From NCBI GenBank assembly GCA_007125585.1, contig SLCY01000023.1, positions 1 through 60,739 on the forward strand: DNA of 60,739 nucleotides. The letters run 5' to 3'. Made by a program: the position numbers and the translations under genes. Position 1 is the stretch's first letter. Each line of letters opens with the position of its first letter. This document shows, in pieces, positions 47,254 to 57,417 of this stretch. The notes beneath the pieces are model-generated. The model did not search any database. It had not been told where the DNA came from and worked only from the letters and a program-made list of their open reading frames with translations. The stretch comes from Bacteroidales bacterium (lineage in GTDB: Bacteria > Bacteroidota > Bacteroidia > Bacteroidales > UBA7960).

Positions 47254-47856
47254 CTATTCCACCACCGGCAACACTTCCTTGCTATGCAGGTACGTGTCGA
47301 TGGCACAGCATATTTTTTTGAAGACTTCGTTCACTGGTGCCATGCCGTTTATGGAAACAATCTTTCCCTGCGACTTATAATACGAGATGAGAGGCATTGT
47401 GAGCTCTTTGTAGATCTCCAGGCGGCGACGCGCGATCTGATCTGAGTCATCGCTTCGTCCCGAGTCTTCTCCCCTGCCCATGATGCGCTTGAACAGTTCT
47501 TCTTCTTCCACCTCCACAGAAATCACAAGGCATATAGGTATCCCGCGTTCGTTGAGAAACCGGTCCAGTGACCCGGCCTGTACGATGGTTCTGGGGATCC
47601 CGTCAAATATAAAGCCACTGGCATCCATATGATCGGATACATGGTGATACAACTCCCTCAATACAAGATCATCGGGTACCAGCAACCCCTTGTCAATGAA
47701 CTTTTTTGCTTCCTTGCCCAATGGGGTTTCCTTTTCTATCTCTTCCCTTAACAACGCTCCCGTCGACATATGGGTGAGCCGGTACTTTTCAACAATATTG
47801 GCAGACTGGGTGCCTTTGCCCGATCCTGGAGGACCAAAAATTATAAGATTCAACAT
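47254..47856 (-). CDS. adk: Adenylate kinase (short LID)
   Basis: GPPGSGKGTQ, STG.LLR, GLLVPD, DG.PR, GRSDD. Confidence 0.94.
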   Translation of the reverse strand: MLNLIIFGPPGSGKGTQSANIVEKYRLTHMSTGALLREEIEKETPLGKEAKKFIDKGLLVPDDLVLRELYHHVSDHMDASGFIFDGIPRTIVQAGSLDRFLNERGIPICLVISVEVEEEELFKRIMGRGEDSGRSDDSDQIARRRLEIYKELTMPLISYYKSQGKIVSINGMAPVNEVFKKICCAIDTYLHSKEVLPVVE

Positions 47857-47918
47857 GTCGCTACAATTTATCCCTTAATGGCATCTGCCACCATTTTTTT
47901 GTTCATGATCGTTTCCTA

Positions 47919-48458
47919 TTATGAACCGGTTATCTTATAAATGTCTTTGTAATTCCTTCCAAAACCTCTGTAATCAAGGCCATATCCCACGATGAAATCA
48001 TTGGGGATCTCCATTCCGATATAATCCGGCCTTACTTCTTTTTGTACTGCGTCAGGCTTCAGCAGCAAGGTGGCCAGCCTGATACTCTCCGGCTGATAGG
48101 TCGAGAGATCCTCCACAAGGTGTGTAACGGTGAGGCCACTATCCACAATATCCTCGAGAATGATCACATTCCTGCCTTTTATATGCTCTTCCAGGCCAAT
48201 CACTGTCTTTACCTCTCCAGTGGTCTGTGTCCCATCGTATGATGATAACTTGATAAAGCTGATTTCACAATTGCCGGGATAGCATTTAAACAGGTCCCCG
48301 GCAAACATGAAGGCGCCATTCAACACACACAGAAACAAGGGCTCACGTCCCTGGTAATCGTTGAAAATGGTTTCAGCCATCTGCTTTACCACCTTTTGAA
48401 TATGCTCAAAAGGGATGTTTTTCTCAAATTCCTTATCCAGGATCTTTATTTTTCCCAT
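47919..48458 (-). CDS. hpt: Hypoxanthine phosphoribosyltransferase
   Basis: VLNGAFMF, LSSY, ILEDIVDSGLT, FIVGYGLDY. Confidence 0.94.
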   Translation of the reverse strand: MGKIKILDKEFEKNIPFEHIQKVVKQMAETIFNDYQGREPLFLCVLNGAFMFAGDLFKCYPGNCEISFIKLSSYDGTQTTGEVKTVIGLEEHIKGRNVIILEDIVDSGLTVTHLVEDLSTYQPESIRLATLLLKPDAVQKEVRPDYIGMEIPNDFIVGYGLDYRGFGRNYKDIYKITGS

Positions 48459-48732
48459 AGAAAATTAAGAATTATCTGGCTTTTAAAATAGTTGATGCCA
48501 CAAAAATAAACCAATGCCCGGTGACCACAACCATTATTTTGAAAAAAGTATGAACAAAATGTTGATAAGATCACCCGAAATGTGCCGGGACATGGATTCT
48601 GTCTGTGCGAAAATACGAAAATAATGATAAGGCCCCTTTTTTTTTGTTTCTGCGGATTTGCCTTTAACTTTGCATTTTCCAAATGTCAAATGGCTACATG
48701 ATTTTTTTTCGTTCGAAATTACACACAGACGA

Positions 48733-48840
48733 ATGAAAAACCTCTCAAGGTCTTTCACCCGGTCGTTGCTTGTTTATTTATGTTTATCATTTTGTCAAAA
48801 GGGCGAAATGTCAAATAAGTTTAAAGGTATAATGGTTTAA
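48733..48840 (+). pseudogene. Possible 5' remnant of an exported-protein gene (35 codons)
   Basis: Downstream of a TAACTTTG box (48665-48672). MKNLSRSFTRSLLVYLCLSFC resembles a signal peptide, and the frame ends inside a tandem-repeat tract. Confidence 0.3.
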
Positions 48841-48904
48841 GGGTTTAAAGGTTTAAAAGCCAACAGTTAACAGCCAAAAACCTCGTTCCATCGTTCCATC
48901 GCTC
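48818..48904. repeat. Three adjacent short tandem-repeat tracts
   Basis: Five GGTTTAAA-like octamers (48818-48857), AGCCAAC-AGTTAAC-AGCCAAA (48858-48878), TCGTTCCA x2 plus a partial copy (48883-48904). Confidence 0.75.
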
Positions 48905-49156
48905 TTCCCTCATCTGTCAACACACAAAATGCGGGTGTTTTTTTACAGGAGAAATATTTATATTTACCGGCTACTATTCCAGCTTTTGGGATGGTGAAGA
49001 CAGTGCCGGAATGCAACGCTTTTTTTGTTCGTGCTCCCCGGCAGCCTCTTTATGCATGAAACCATCACAAGGAAGTTCATTTAAAAAGATGATCCGGCCG
49101 CAGTCGTCAAAGACCTTGGTTTCTTTTATGTTTCATTAAAATGGATCGTTTCAGGG

Positions 49157-49927
49157 ATGTTCCGATATTTTATCAGGATGGCTTATATGGGGACTGACTT
49201 CAATGGTTGGCAGGTTCAACCGGGTGCACCCACCATTCAGGAGGAGATTGAGAAATGCTTGTCCCTGTTGTTAAAAGAGCCTGTCCGGTTAACGGGTGCG
49301 GGCCGAACCGACACGGGTGTTCATGCCCATGAGTTTTATGCCCATTTTGATTGTTCCCATCGTCCGGAAATGCTAAGCCAGATACACCCGGTTTACAAGT
49401 CAAACCGCTTTCTTCCTCCGTCAATAGCGGTGCTGGATATCTTCCCTGTCGACAGCAAAGCCCATGCCCGTTTTCATGCCCTTGACAGGACCTATCATTA
49501 TTACATATGCACCAGGAAAGACCCTTTTTACACCGGCAGGGCCTGGATACAGGAAAGGCCAATGGATATGAAGGCCATGCAGGAAGCGGCCGGGCTGTTG
49601 TTGCAGCATGAGGATTTCAGCAGTTTTGCCAGGTCCAACACCCAGGTTAAAACCAATATTTGCAAGGTTTACGAAGCACATTGGGAGGAAGATGGACACA
49701 TTCTGTATTTCAGGATACGGGCCGACCGTTTTCTCAGGAACATGGTCCGTGCCATTGTAGGCACTATGGTGGACATCGGCCGTGGCAAGCTTGGCGCAAA
49801 TGACTTTCAGAAGATCATCGAAGCAAAGGACCGCCGCCGAGCGGGGTATTCAGCACCGGCTTGCGGGCTCTTCCTGGTAAAGATCCGTTATCCGGACCAT
49901 ATTTTTAACGCTTCAGCTTCTTTTTAA
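49157..49927 (+). CDS. truA: tRNA pseudouridine(38-40) synthase
   Basis: Y.GT.F.GWQ.Q, GAGRTDTGVHA, HARF, FLRNMVRAIVG. Confidence 0.96.
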   Translation: MFRYFIRMAYMGTDFNGWQVQPGAPTIQEEIEKCLSLLLKEPVRLTGAGRTDTGVHAHEFYAHFDCSHRPEMLSQIHPVYKSNRFLPPSIAVLDIFPVDSKAHARFHALDRTYHYYICTRKDPFYTGRAWIQERPMDMKAMQEAAGLLLQHEDFSSFARSNTQVKTNICKVYEAHWEEDGHILYFRIRADRFLRNMVRAIVGTMVDIGRGKLGANDFQKIIEAKDRRRAGYSAPACGLFLVKIRYPDHIFNASASF

Positions 49928-51026
49928 ATGACTTGATACGTTTTTCCAGTGGTTGGTCGGGCGTGCGATGCGATCTTGCCGCCCTCGCATCGCCAAGAAG
50001 GAACCCATATGGCCTCAAGCCATCTATCTCGTCAAAAACCACTTTCATCATGGCCATTCCGGGAATAAACAATATCATCCCTGCGAGTCCCCATATGAAG
50101 TTGCCAATCAGCAAGGCCACGATGGTCATCAGGGGGTTCATGGACACTTTGCCCCCCACGATCCGTGGAGTGAAGATGTTGCTTTCGGCAAGCTGGATCA
50201 CGTAAAACGCAAGGAATATCCCAAACGGATACCAGAGTGAATCTTTGGTGAGAAGGGCATAAACAATGGGGAGGGTTGCCCCTATAAAAGGGCCGAGAAA
50301 GGGGATCACGTTCAGAAGTGCTGCAAAAACGGCGAACAGCAGGAAGTGTTTTAGCCCGAAGCTATACAATGCGATGCTGTTCAGCACAGCCAGAATGACG
50401 ATCACGATAAACATCCCTACAATATAGTTCTGCACCACCAGTTTCACTTTGTGTATCACACTCTGTACAGTATCCTGGGTTTTGTCCGGGAATGCTTTGC
50501 GAATGAATTCAATCAGGAAGCGCCTGAAATAGAGGAACAGGAAGATATAGATGGGGACTATGAACACGATGGTCAGGGTAGTGGCCGTGGCGATCACTCC
50601 CTGGGTGAGGCTTGCGATATTGTCATAAAGGTAATTGAAAATGGCGCTTTGGATGTTTTCGAAGGAGATGGGTACGGCGCCTTCAACGTGTTGTTCGGTG
50701 AACTCGTTGATGATTTGCAGAAATTCGGTCACCCTTTTTTCCAAAAGATACAGTTCATCAGCAAAGCCTATAAGCTGGTTATAAAAGAAATAAGCCAGTC
50801 CAAACAAAAAGCCGATCAGTGCCACGAGGCTAAAAAAAGCGGCCAACAGCCTTGGAATACCTTTGTTTTCAAACCAAGAGGAGAGCGGGCTGATCAATAC
50901 GGCCAGCAGTCCGGCTATCATTAAAGGTACCAGAACGCCCTTTGCATATATCATGATGCCTACGGTGAGCGTGATGGTGAGCAGCACCATAGGAATTTTA
51001 ACATAAAGCGGTTGTTTTTGATTCAT
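49905..51026 (-). CDS. AI-2E family transporter
   Basis: Multi-TM protein with LLNVIPFLGP, ESNIFTPRIVG, NPL, WGLAGMILFIP. Confidence 0.88.
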   Translation of the reverse strand: MNQKQPLYVKIPMVLLTITLTVGIMIYAKGVLVPLMIAGLLAVLISPLSSWFENKGIPRLLAAFFSLVALIGFLFGLAYFFYNQLIGFADELYLLEKRVTEFLQIINEFTEQHVEGAVPISFENIQSAIFNYLYDNIASLTQGVIATATTLTIVFIVPIYIFLFLYFRRFLIEFIRKAFPDKTQDTVQSVIHKVKLVVQNYIVGMFIVIVILAVLNSIALYSFGLKHFLLFAVFAALLNVIPFLGPFIGATLPIVYALLTKDSLWYPFGIFLAFYVIQLAESNIFTPRIVGGKVSMNPLMTIVALLIGNFIWGLAGMILFIPGMAMMKVVFDEIDGLRPYGFLLGDARAARSHRTPDQPLEKRIKSFKKKLKR

Positions 51027-51046
51027 TGTGGATAATATTAACAGTT

Positions 51047-52732
51047 CTAATGTAAAGACGGATCAAAGAAAGGTGGACGCTGCTTGTGATGGCCCGTTTT
51101 TTTCTGCCAGGCACTTGCCAGGGCCATGATCTTATCTTCTTCAAAAAGGTTGCCGATAAAAGATATGCTCCGTGGCGTGCCTGTTTCGGTAAACCCATTG
51201 GGTACAACCAGGCAGGGGTGTCCTGTTAAGTTGGTCACCAGCAGTTGGTTGCCTCCAAAAGATGGTGTGATGATGACATCATAGCCGGCCATCAGCTGAT
51301 TGACTTCTTCCATCAGCTGGTATCTGGCCCTGTTGGCATTGATATATTCTACTGCAGGTATAAACCGTGCAGCCCTGAAAAGGTTCGGCCAGGCATTGAC
51401 AGACTGGTTCACCAGCAGAGAGTCACGGCCTGTGGTTGTCAGTTCGTCGAATGCAGCGGCGGCTTCTGCATGCAGGATGATCCGCAGGGCATTTACCGGC
51501 GAGTCAAACCGCCAATCTACATCATGAAGCTCAAGTCCCATGGCACGAAGATCTGCGAGCACCTGGTGATCCGGGTCTTTCCCGCCGGGGTCATCTTCAA
51601 AAAAGGCGGAGATATATCCCACCCGGAATTGTGATATATCCCTGTCGTGCTCATAATAGAATCCGGCATCCACAACGCTTTTATCCTTGCCATCGGGGCC
51701 GAGTATCGCGTCAAAGACCATGGCGGTTTCCTCTGCACTTCGGGCCATTGGCCCGATTTTATCCATGCTCCAGCTCAGTGTCATGGCCCCTGTCCTGCTG
51801 ACCCTTCCGAAGGTGGGCCGAAGGCCGGTGACGCCACAGCGGGTTGATGGCGAAACAATGCTTCCAAGGGTTTCTGTTCCGATGGCAAAAGGGAGCAGTC
51901 CGGCAGCCACTGTTGAGGCCGACCCGGCGGAGGACCCGCTGGAGCCTTCTTCAAGGTTCCACGGATTGCGTGTTTTGCCATCATACCAAACATCGCCCAT
52001 GGCCAGTGCACCCAGGGTCAGCTTGGCCACCAAAACAGCACCCGCCTCATCCAGCCGTTCCACAACGGTGGCAGTATGCTCCAGGTGCTGACCCTTGTAA
52101 GGCGTTGCACCCCAGCTGGTAGGATATCCTTCGACAGAAAAAAGATCCTTCACCCCGTAGGGTATCCCATGCAGGGGACCACGATATTGTCCGGCGGCGA
52201 TCTCAGCATCAGCACGACGGGCATGCGACAAGGCACGATCCCTGGTAAGGGTAACAACACATTCGAGGGTATCACCGTACTGATGGAGCCTGTTGAGAAA
52301 AAATGTGGTCAGTTGTTCGGAGGTGACCTTTCGACTGCGGAGCAAAGAAGCCAGCTGGGGGATACTGTAGAAAGCCAGTTGCCCGGTGTTCTCCGGCATT
52401 TCCACCCCATCCGGGATCATCCACCTGCTTTCAAGCCCTTTGACAGGCATTTCAATACCCGGCAGGACGGGGTCAAAAACCAATGCAGGGGGTACGGCGT
52501 TGTCAACAGATGCCTCCCTGAGGGCTTCCACACTCTGCATATGCACCCGAACCGATGGCATCATAAGTTCCAACTGATTTTGGGAAAAATGAAACCCAAA
52601 CAAGCGCCCTGCCTTTCTTACCATGTCAATGCCGATCTCCTCATCCAGGTTTGCAACAGCAAAACCGCAAAGAAAGGCCGCGACAAAGAAAAGAAGAAGC
52701 CTGGCGGGGCGAGTATTTCTTTTTTTAAACAT
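51047..52732 (-). CDS. Amidase-signature family enzyme with N-terminal signal peptide
   Basis: GPLHGIPYGVKD, SGSSAGS and GTETLGSI (Lys/cis-Ser/Ser triad). Basic then hydrophobic N-terminus. Confidence 0.9.
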   Translation of the reverse strand: MFKKRNTRPARLLLFFVAAFLCGFAVANLDEEIGIDMVRKAGRLFGFHFSQNQLELMMPSVRVHMQSVEALREASVDNAVPPALVFDPVLPGIEMPVKGLESRWMIPDGVEMPENTGQLAFYSIPQLASLLRSRKVTSEQLTTFFLNRLHQYGDTLECVVTLTRDRALSHARRADAEIAAGQYRGPLHGIPYGVKDLFSVEGYPTSWGATPYKGQHLEHTATVVERLDEAGAVLVAKLTLGALAMGDVWYDGKTRNPWNLEEGSSGSSAGSASTVAAGLLPFAIGTETLGSIVSPSTRCGVTGLRPTFGRVSRTGAMTLSWSMDKIGPMARSAEETAMVFDAILGPDGKDKSVVDAGFYYEHDRDISQFRVGYISAFFEDDPGGKDPDHQVLADLRAMGLELHDVDWRFDSPVNALRIILHAEAAAAFDELTTTGRDSLLVNQSVNAWPNLFRAARFIPAVEYINANRARYQLMEEVNQLMAGYDVIITPSFGGNQLLVTNLTGHPCLVVPNGFTETGTPRSISFIGNLFEEDKIMALASAWQKKTGHHKQRPPFFDPSLH

Positions 52733-53918
52733 AGCGGATCCTTGATTTATTGTGTTCCAACAGCTTTTTCAACACCTCTGCGGGTGAACTGAAACGATAG
52801 CATAACATCATGGCGGCAATTATATACGGCTTGTAGCCCGCTTCATGGTAGGTTTGCAAACGCGATTCTTCAAACACCTCTGCATTCACTTCCCCCTTCA
52901 GACAGGAAACGCCTGAAATATCTGCCGGCAGGCAATGCATGTACATGGCATTTTGGTCATGTGTCAATGCCTTGAACGCATGATCGTATTCCCAGTGGGT
53001 ATATTTGGCATTGCTTACCAGGCACTCCTGCTCGAGGTCCCGCAAGCCATCCCGGTCGGCTTTCTTTAACAAATCAGTGCGACGCTGCATAATATGGTAG
53101 GGGGCCCAGCTCTTGGGATATACGATATGGGCATCTTTCATTGATTCTTCCATGGAGTTGCTGACATGAAACCCGCCACCACTTTCCTTTGCCTGGGCAG
53201 AGGCCTTTTTCACAATGTCAGGGATCAGCTCATATCCCTCAGGGTATGCAAGATGGACATTCATTCCGAAGCGTGTCATCAATGCGATGATACCCTGGGG
53301 GACCGACAGGGGTTTGCCATAGCTTGGTGAGTATGCCCAGCTCATGACGATCTTTTTGTCACGAAGTTCATCTATTGAGCCAAACACCTGTTTCAGGTGC
53401 ATCAGGTCTGCCATAGACTGTGTAGGGTGGTCCATATCGCATTGCAGGTTGATGACGCCGGGGCGCACAGGCAGCACGCCGTGTGCATAGCTCTCATCCA
53501 GTGAAGCAGCCACTTCGCGCATGTAGCGGTTGCCTTCTCCCAGGAACATATCATCACGAATACCGATGAAGTCCGACAAGAAAGAGATCATGGCAGCTGT
53601 TTCCCTTACTGTTTCCCCATGCGATATCTGTGACTTCTCTTCATCCAGGTCCTGTACGCTCAATCCGAGCAGGTTGCTGGCTGAGGCAAAGGAGAAGCGG
53701 GTACGTGTGGACTTGTCCCTGAAGTTCGAAACAGCCAGTCCGGTGTCAAACACCCTCGGAGAGATGTTCAGGTCGCGCATCTGTTTCAGGACACTGGCGA
53801 CCTCAAGTATCATCAACAAGTCGTGATCACTTTTTTCCCAGGTCAACAGAAAATCTTTTGAGAACAATCCGGCCCTGATATCCTGTAAGGCTTCAATCTG
53901 TTCAATCAGTTTATTCAT
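52725..53918 (-). CDS. ygeW: Knotted carbamoyltransferase YgeW
   Basis: FRDKSTRTRFSF, SQISHGET.RET, NLQCD.DHPTQ, WAYSPSYGKPLSVPQG, VYPKSW, YMHCLPADISGVSC..GEV. Confidence 0.92.
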   Translation of the reverse strand: MNKLIEQIEALQDIRAGLFSKDFLLTWEKSDHDLLMILEVASVLKQMRDLNISPRVFDTGLAVSNFRDKSTRTRFSFASASNLLGLSVQDLDEEKSQISHGETVRETAAMISFLSDFIGIRDDMFLGEGNRYMREVAASLDESYAHGVLPVRPGVINLQCDMDHPTQSMADLMHLKQVFGSIDELRDKKIVMSWAYSPSYGKPLSVPQGIIALMTRFGMNVHLAYPEGYELIPDIVKKASAQAKESGGGFHVSNSMEESMKDAHIVYPKSWAPYHIMQRRTDLLKKADRDGLRDLEQECLVSNAKYTHWEYDHAFKALTHDQNAMYMHCLPADISGVSCLKGEVNAEVFEESRLQTYHEAGYKPYIIAAMMLCYRFSSPAEVLKKLLEHNKSRIRYV

Positions 53919-54048
53919 GCTGTGTTCATATTTGTTATTATCTTACGGTCTTGCGGAGTTCGCCATGCGATGATCATCCGCCTGTAGATCCGATTACATT
54001 CATGGTCCGGTTCATCAAACATCCTACCATATTGGTGGTTTGACTGTA

Positions 54049-55233
54049 TCAGATGGCATAAGCCAGGGCGGCATAATAGGCTGAGGCTTTTTCCAGGTGA
54101 TCTATGGGAACTTTTTCATTGGGCGCATGGGCCATCACTTCATTGCCGGGGCCGAAACCGAGCACGGGGATCCCATATAGGCCATTGATGGTCACCCCAT
54201 TGGTAGAGAAGGTCCATTTATCCACCACCGGTTGTTTATCAAACAGGTCTTGAAACACTTTTGCCCCAGCCTGGATCACCGGATGGGTTTCGGGGATCTG
54301 CCATGTGGGGTAATATTTTTCCATCCCATATGTAAGGCCTGTAAACGAACGCTCTTCGTAGTTGAGCACTTCCACCTCGGCCTTCATTCCCTTAAGCAGT
54401 TGTATGACCTCTCCCATGGCGCTATCCCTGGTCTCTCCCCAGGTGAGTCGCCTGTCAAGATGCAACCTGGCAAAATCGGCGACAGCACAAAGAGAGGGAC
54501 TTTTTGAAACAAATTGCGAGATCGTGACGGAGCCTTTTCCCAGGAAGGGATCCACCAGGAGGGTTTCATTCAGTTTTTCTATCTCCAGGGCCACCCTGGA
54601 GGCCATATAGATGGCGTTTTTTCCACGTTCAGGTGCTGACCCGTGGCAGGAAAGCCCGTAAAAGCTGACCTGCATCTCCATCCTTCCGCGTTGTCCGCGG
54701 TATATGTTCAGGTTGGTGGGCTCAGTTACCACCACCACGTCCGGCTTTATCCCCTCTTCTTCCACCAGGTATTTCCAGCACAAGCCGTCACAATCTTCTT
54801 CTATCACACTGCCGACAAAGTAAATGGTCATATCCCTGTCAAAAGCGAGCTCTTTCAAAATACGTCCGGCTGTCACAAAAGCTGCTGCGCCACCTTTTTG
54901 GTCAACGCTGCCACGTCCCATAACAAAGCCACCTTCAATGGTTCCGCTCAAAGGGTCAAAACCCCAGTCTTCCGGGTTACCCAGGTCAACAGTATCCATA
55001 TGCGCATCAAAAGCGAGGATACGCCTGCCATGCCCTATTCTGCCGATAACATTTCCCAGGCCATCCATCCGGACCTCATCAAACCCGGCCTTCTGCATCT
55101 GGCGCACCAGCTCCTGCTGGACCAGTTCTTCATGAAGGCTTAGTGATTTGCAACGGACGAGGTTCGCCAGGTTCTGCGCAGTGTAATCCCGGTACTGTGA
55201 TGACAGTTCTTTTATCGCAATGTAGTGGTCCAT
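54049..55233 (-). CDS. ygeY: YgeY family M20 metallohydrolase
   Basis: DAHMDTV, GRGSVDQKGG, EEDCDG, TEPT, RGQRGRME, LDRRLT.GET, KWTFSTNG, AHAPNE. Start placed at MDHY. Confidence 0.9.
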   Translation of the reverse strand: MDHYIAIKELSSQYRDYTAQNLANLVRCKSLSLHEELVQQELVRQMQKAGFDEVRMDGLGNVIGRIGHGRRILAFDAHMDTVDLGNPEDWGFDPLSGTIEGGFVMGRGSVDQKGGAAAFVTAGRILKELAFDRDMTIYFVGSVIEEDCDGLCWKYLVEEEGIKPDVVVVTEPTNLNIYRGQRGRMEMQVSFYGLSCHGSAPERGKNAIYMASRVALEIEKLNETLLVDPFLGKGSVTISQFVSKSPSLCAVADFARLHLDRRLTWGETRDSAMGEVIQLLKGMKAEVEVLNYEERSFTGLTYGMEKYYPTWQIPETHPVIQAGAKVFQDLFDKQPVVDKWTFSTNGVTINGLYGIPVLGFGPGNEVMAHAPNEKVPIDHLEKASAYYAALAYAI

Positions 55234-55529
55234 ATTCACTGGTTTTTGAAATGCCCTAAAGATAGGCTTTTTTGTGCAAATATCATGCAGTTCAGATGCC
55301 ACTTTGATCAATTATTGACAGCGATACCGGCGGGTAGCAACTGCATCGTATGCACTATCCACCCATCCGGCTGTTTGTCAGTATAAACAGGGTTACCTAA
55401 AAAAGCATAAAGGACATTCTCCTTCTCACAGGGGGTGTTTTTTCGGGTCGAACCAAACAACGAATTGAATATTTGCGGGGATTTGCATATATTTATCCCG
55501 AAGTAGTATAAATCACAATCCAGGACGTT

Positions 55530-56486
55530 ATGGTGAAGACATTGCCATTTATTTACGACCGGCTTTCTTCGGGGGAGCCTGTGATGCTTGTTGTGGTCAT
55601 TGAAGTACATGGCAGCAGTCCGGGCAAAAAGGGGTTTAAGATGGCAGTTGCTGCGGATGGTCAGACCGTGGGTTCCATCGGTGGGGGGGTGATGGAGTTT
55701 AACATGTCAAACCTGGCCCGTTCGGAGTTGTTGGCAGACAATCCGGTGCCATTCCTGAAAAGGCAGGTCCATTCTACAAATGCAGGGGAAGATGCTTCAG
55801 GGCTTATCTGTGCCGGTGAGCAGCAACATGCTTTTATTCCATTATTTCCGGACGACCTGGAAAATGTGCGATCCCTGATCCGGCACCTGGAGGATGGCAG
55901 GGAGGGGATCATTGAGATGTCGCCTAAAGGGCTGATATTTCATGAAACGACTGACAAACAGGCTGTTATTGATATGAGACCAGCCTCTGCCATTGAATGG
56001 CGCCATCTTGAAAAGCTGACGCCCCCTGCAACATTGTATGTTTTTGGTGGTGGCCATATCAGCATTCCGATGAGCCGTATATTTACCATGCTTGGTTTCA
56101 GGGTGGCGGTATTGGATGACAGGGAGGGGCTTGTTACCATGAGGGATAATGCATTTGCCCATCTCAAAAAACAGATTGACTACCGGGAGGCAGCCTCCCA
56201 TATCAGCTGTTGCAGGGCGGCCTATGTATGCATCATGACGGTATCGCATGCATCGGACCAGCTTATTTTGGAGCAAATGTTGCCCCTGCCCTTGAAATAC
56301 CTTGGTATGATCGGCAGCAGGAACAAGGTGCAAAAGATATTTTCAAACCTTTCCGCAAGGGGTGCTGACCCTGGGCAATTACAGCGGGTAAACTCGCCCA
56401 TGGGCCTGCCGATAAACAGTGAGACACCTGAAGAGATCGCCATCAGCATCGCGGCACAGATCATTCAGCAGAAGAATGCACAATAA
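55530..56486 (+). CDS. XdhC/CoxI family xanthine dehydrogenase maturation factor
   Basis: GSSPGK.G.KM, GSIGGG, FGGGH, YLGMIGS, SPMGL.I.SETPEEIAISIAA. Confidence 0.88.
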   Translation: MVKTLPFIYDRLSSGEPVMLVVVIEVHGSSPGKKGFKMAVAADGQTVGSIGGGVMEFNMSNLARSELLADNPVPFLKRQVHSTNAGEDASGLICAGEQQHAFIPLFPDDLENVRSLIRHLEDGREGIIEMSPKGLIFHETTDKQAVIDMRPASAIEWRHLEKLTPPATLYVFGGGHISIPMSRIFTMLGFRVAVLDDREGLVTMRDNAFAHLKKQIDYREAASHISCCRAAYVCIMTVSHASDQLILEQMLPLPLKYLGMIGSRNKVQKIFSNLSARGADPGQLQRVNSPMGLPINSETPEEIAISIAAQIIQQKNAQ

Positions 56487-56495
56487 TACAATGCA

Positions 56496-57389
56496 TTATG
56501 GCCCGCTCCGTTGTCCGCCGCCAACAATGTCCATCAACTCTTTGGTGACAGAGGCCTGACGCGCCTTGTGGTAGGAGAGTGTCAGGGCCCTGATCATCTC
56601 ATCGGCATTGTCGGTGGCCTTGTGCATGGCAGTCATCCGGCTTCCGTGTTCGGATGCGGACGCATCCAGAAGCAAGCGATAGAAATTGTAAGCAATATAT
56701 TGCCGGGTCATGTAATCGACAACCTCTTCTGTGGAAGGTTCAAGGATAACTGGTTCGTCATATAGGATATCAAGCTTATGCTCTTCTGTCAAGTACATTT
56801 CCTCTTTGGGAACAGGCAACACCTGTTCAGAGGTTAACTGGTGGACAACAGCGTTTTTAAATCGATTGTAAACCATCACCACGCGGGAAAGATTCTCTTT
56901 CAGAAACAGGTCCATAACATCCCGGGCAAACTGTGCGGCTGATTCATAGCTTACATTGTCTATGGTATTGTGATCATAAGAGATCATCTCAATATCCTTT
57001 TTAGCAAAGAACCTTTCAGGCTTTTTGCCAATCACCATCAGCTTCACCCGCTGGCCCTGCTCCTGAGCAGAGTAGATCTCTTTGAGGGTGTGTTTGATCA
57101 GGAATGCATTGTATGTTCCGCAGAGCCCTTTGTTGGATCCCATACTGATAATCAGCACGCCTCCCCCTGGCGCCCTATCTTTTGTAAAGACACTTTGGCC
57201 CGATAAAGGGACATGTTCCATCACCTCGTCAAGGATCTTTTTAAGAAACAGGGAATAATCACGCAAGTAAAGGATGTAGTTCTGCACCCTGCGCAGTTTC
57301 GATGCAGCCACCATTTTCATGGCACTGGTGATCTTCCGGGTAGACCTCACAGAAGCAATTCGCGTCCGTATTTCTTTCAGGTTTGGCAT
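56496..57389 (-). CDS. atpG: ATP synthase F1 gamma subunit
   Basis: NLKEIR.RI.SV..T.KITSAMKMVA, KGLCG.YN, SEHGSRMTAM..ATDNA, RQA.VT.EL. Confidence 0.96.
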   Translation of the reverse strand: MPNLKEIRTRIASVRSTRKITSAMKMVAASKLRRVQNYILYLRDYSLFLKKILDEVMEHVPLSGQSVFTKDRAPGGGVLIISMGSNKGLCGTYNAFLIKHTLKEIYSAQEQGQRVKLMVIGKKPERFFAKKDIEMISYDHNTIDNVSYESAAQFARDVMDLFLKENLSRVVMVYNRFKNAVVHQLTSEQVLPVPKEEMYLTEEHKLDILYDEPVILEPSTEEVVDYMTRQYIAYNFYRLLLDASASEHGSRMTAMHKATDNADEMIRALTLSYHKARQASVTKELMDIVGGGQRSGP

Positions 57390-57417
57390 ATTGCGGATAT
57401 GGCCTCAGCATTTATGT

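Noticed and set aside
51027-51035. Perfect DnaA box (TTATCCACA, minus strand) suggesting oriC
   Set aside because: A single 9-mer in a 20-nt spacer, with no box cluster or unwinding element; compatible with chance.
52725-56486. Selenocysteine read-through in the yge/xdhC genes
   Set aside because: All three genes appear full length to their stops, with no internal TGA needing recoding.
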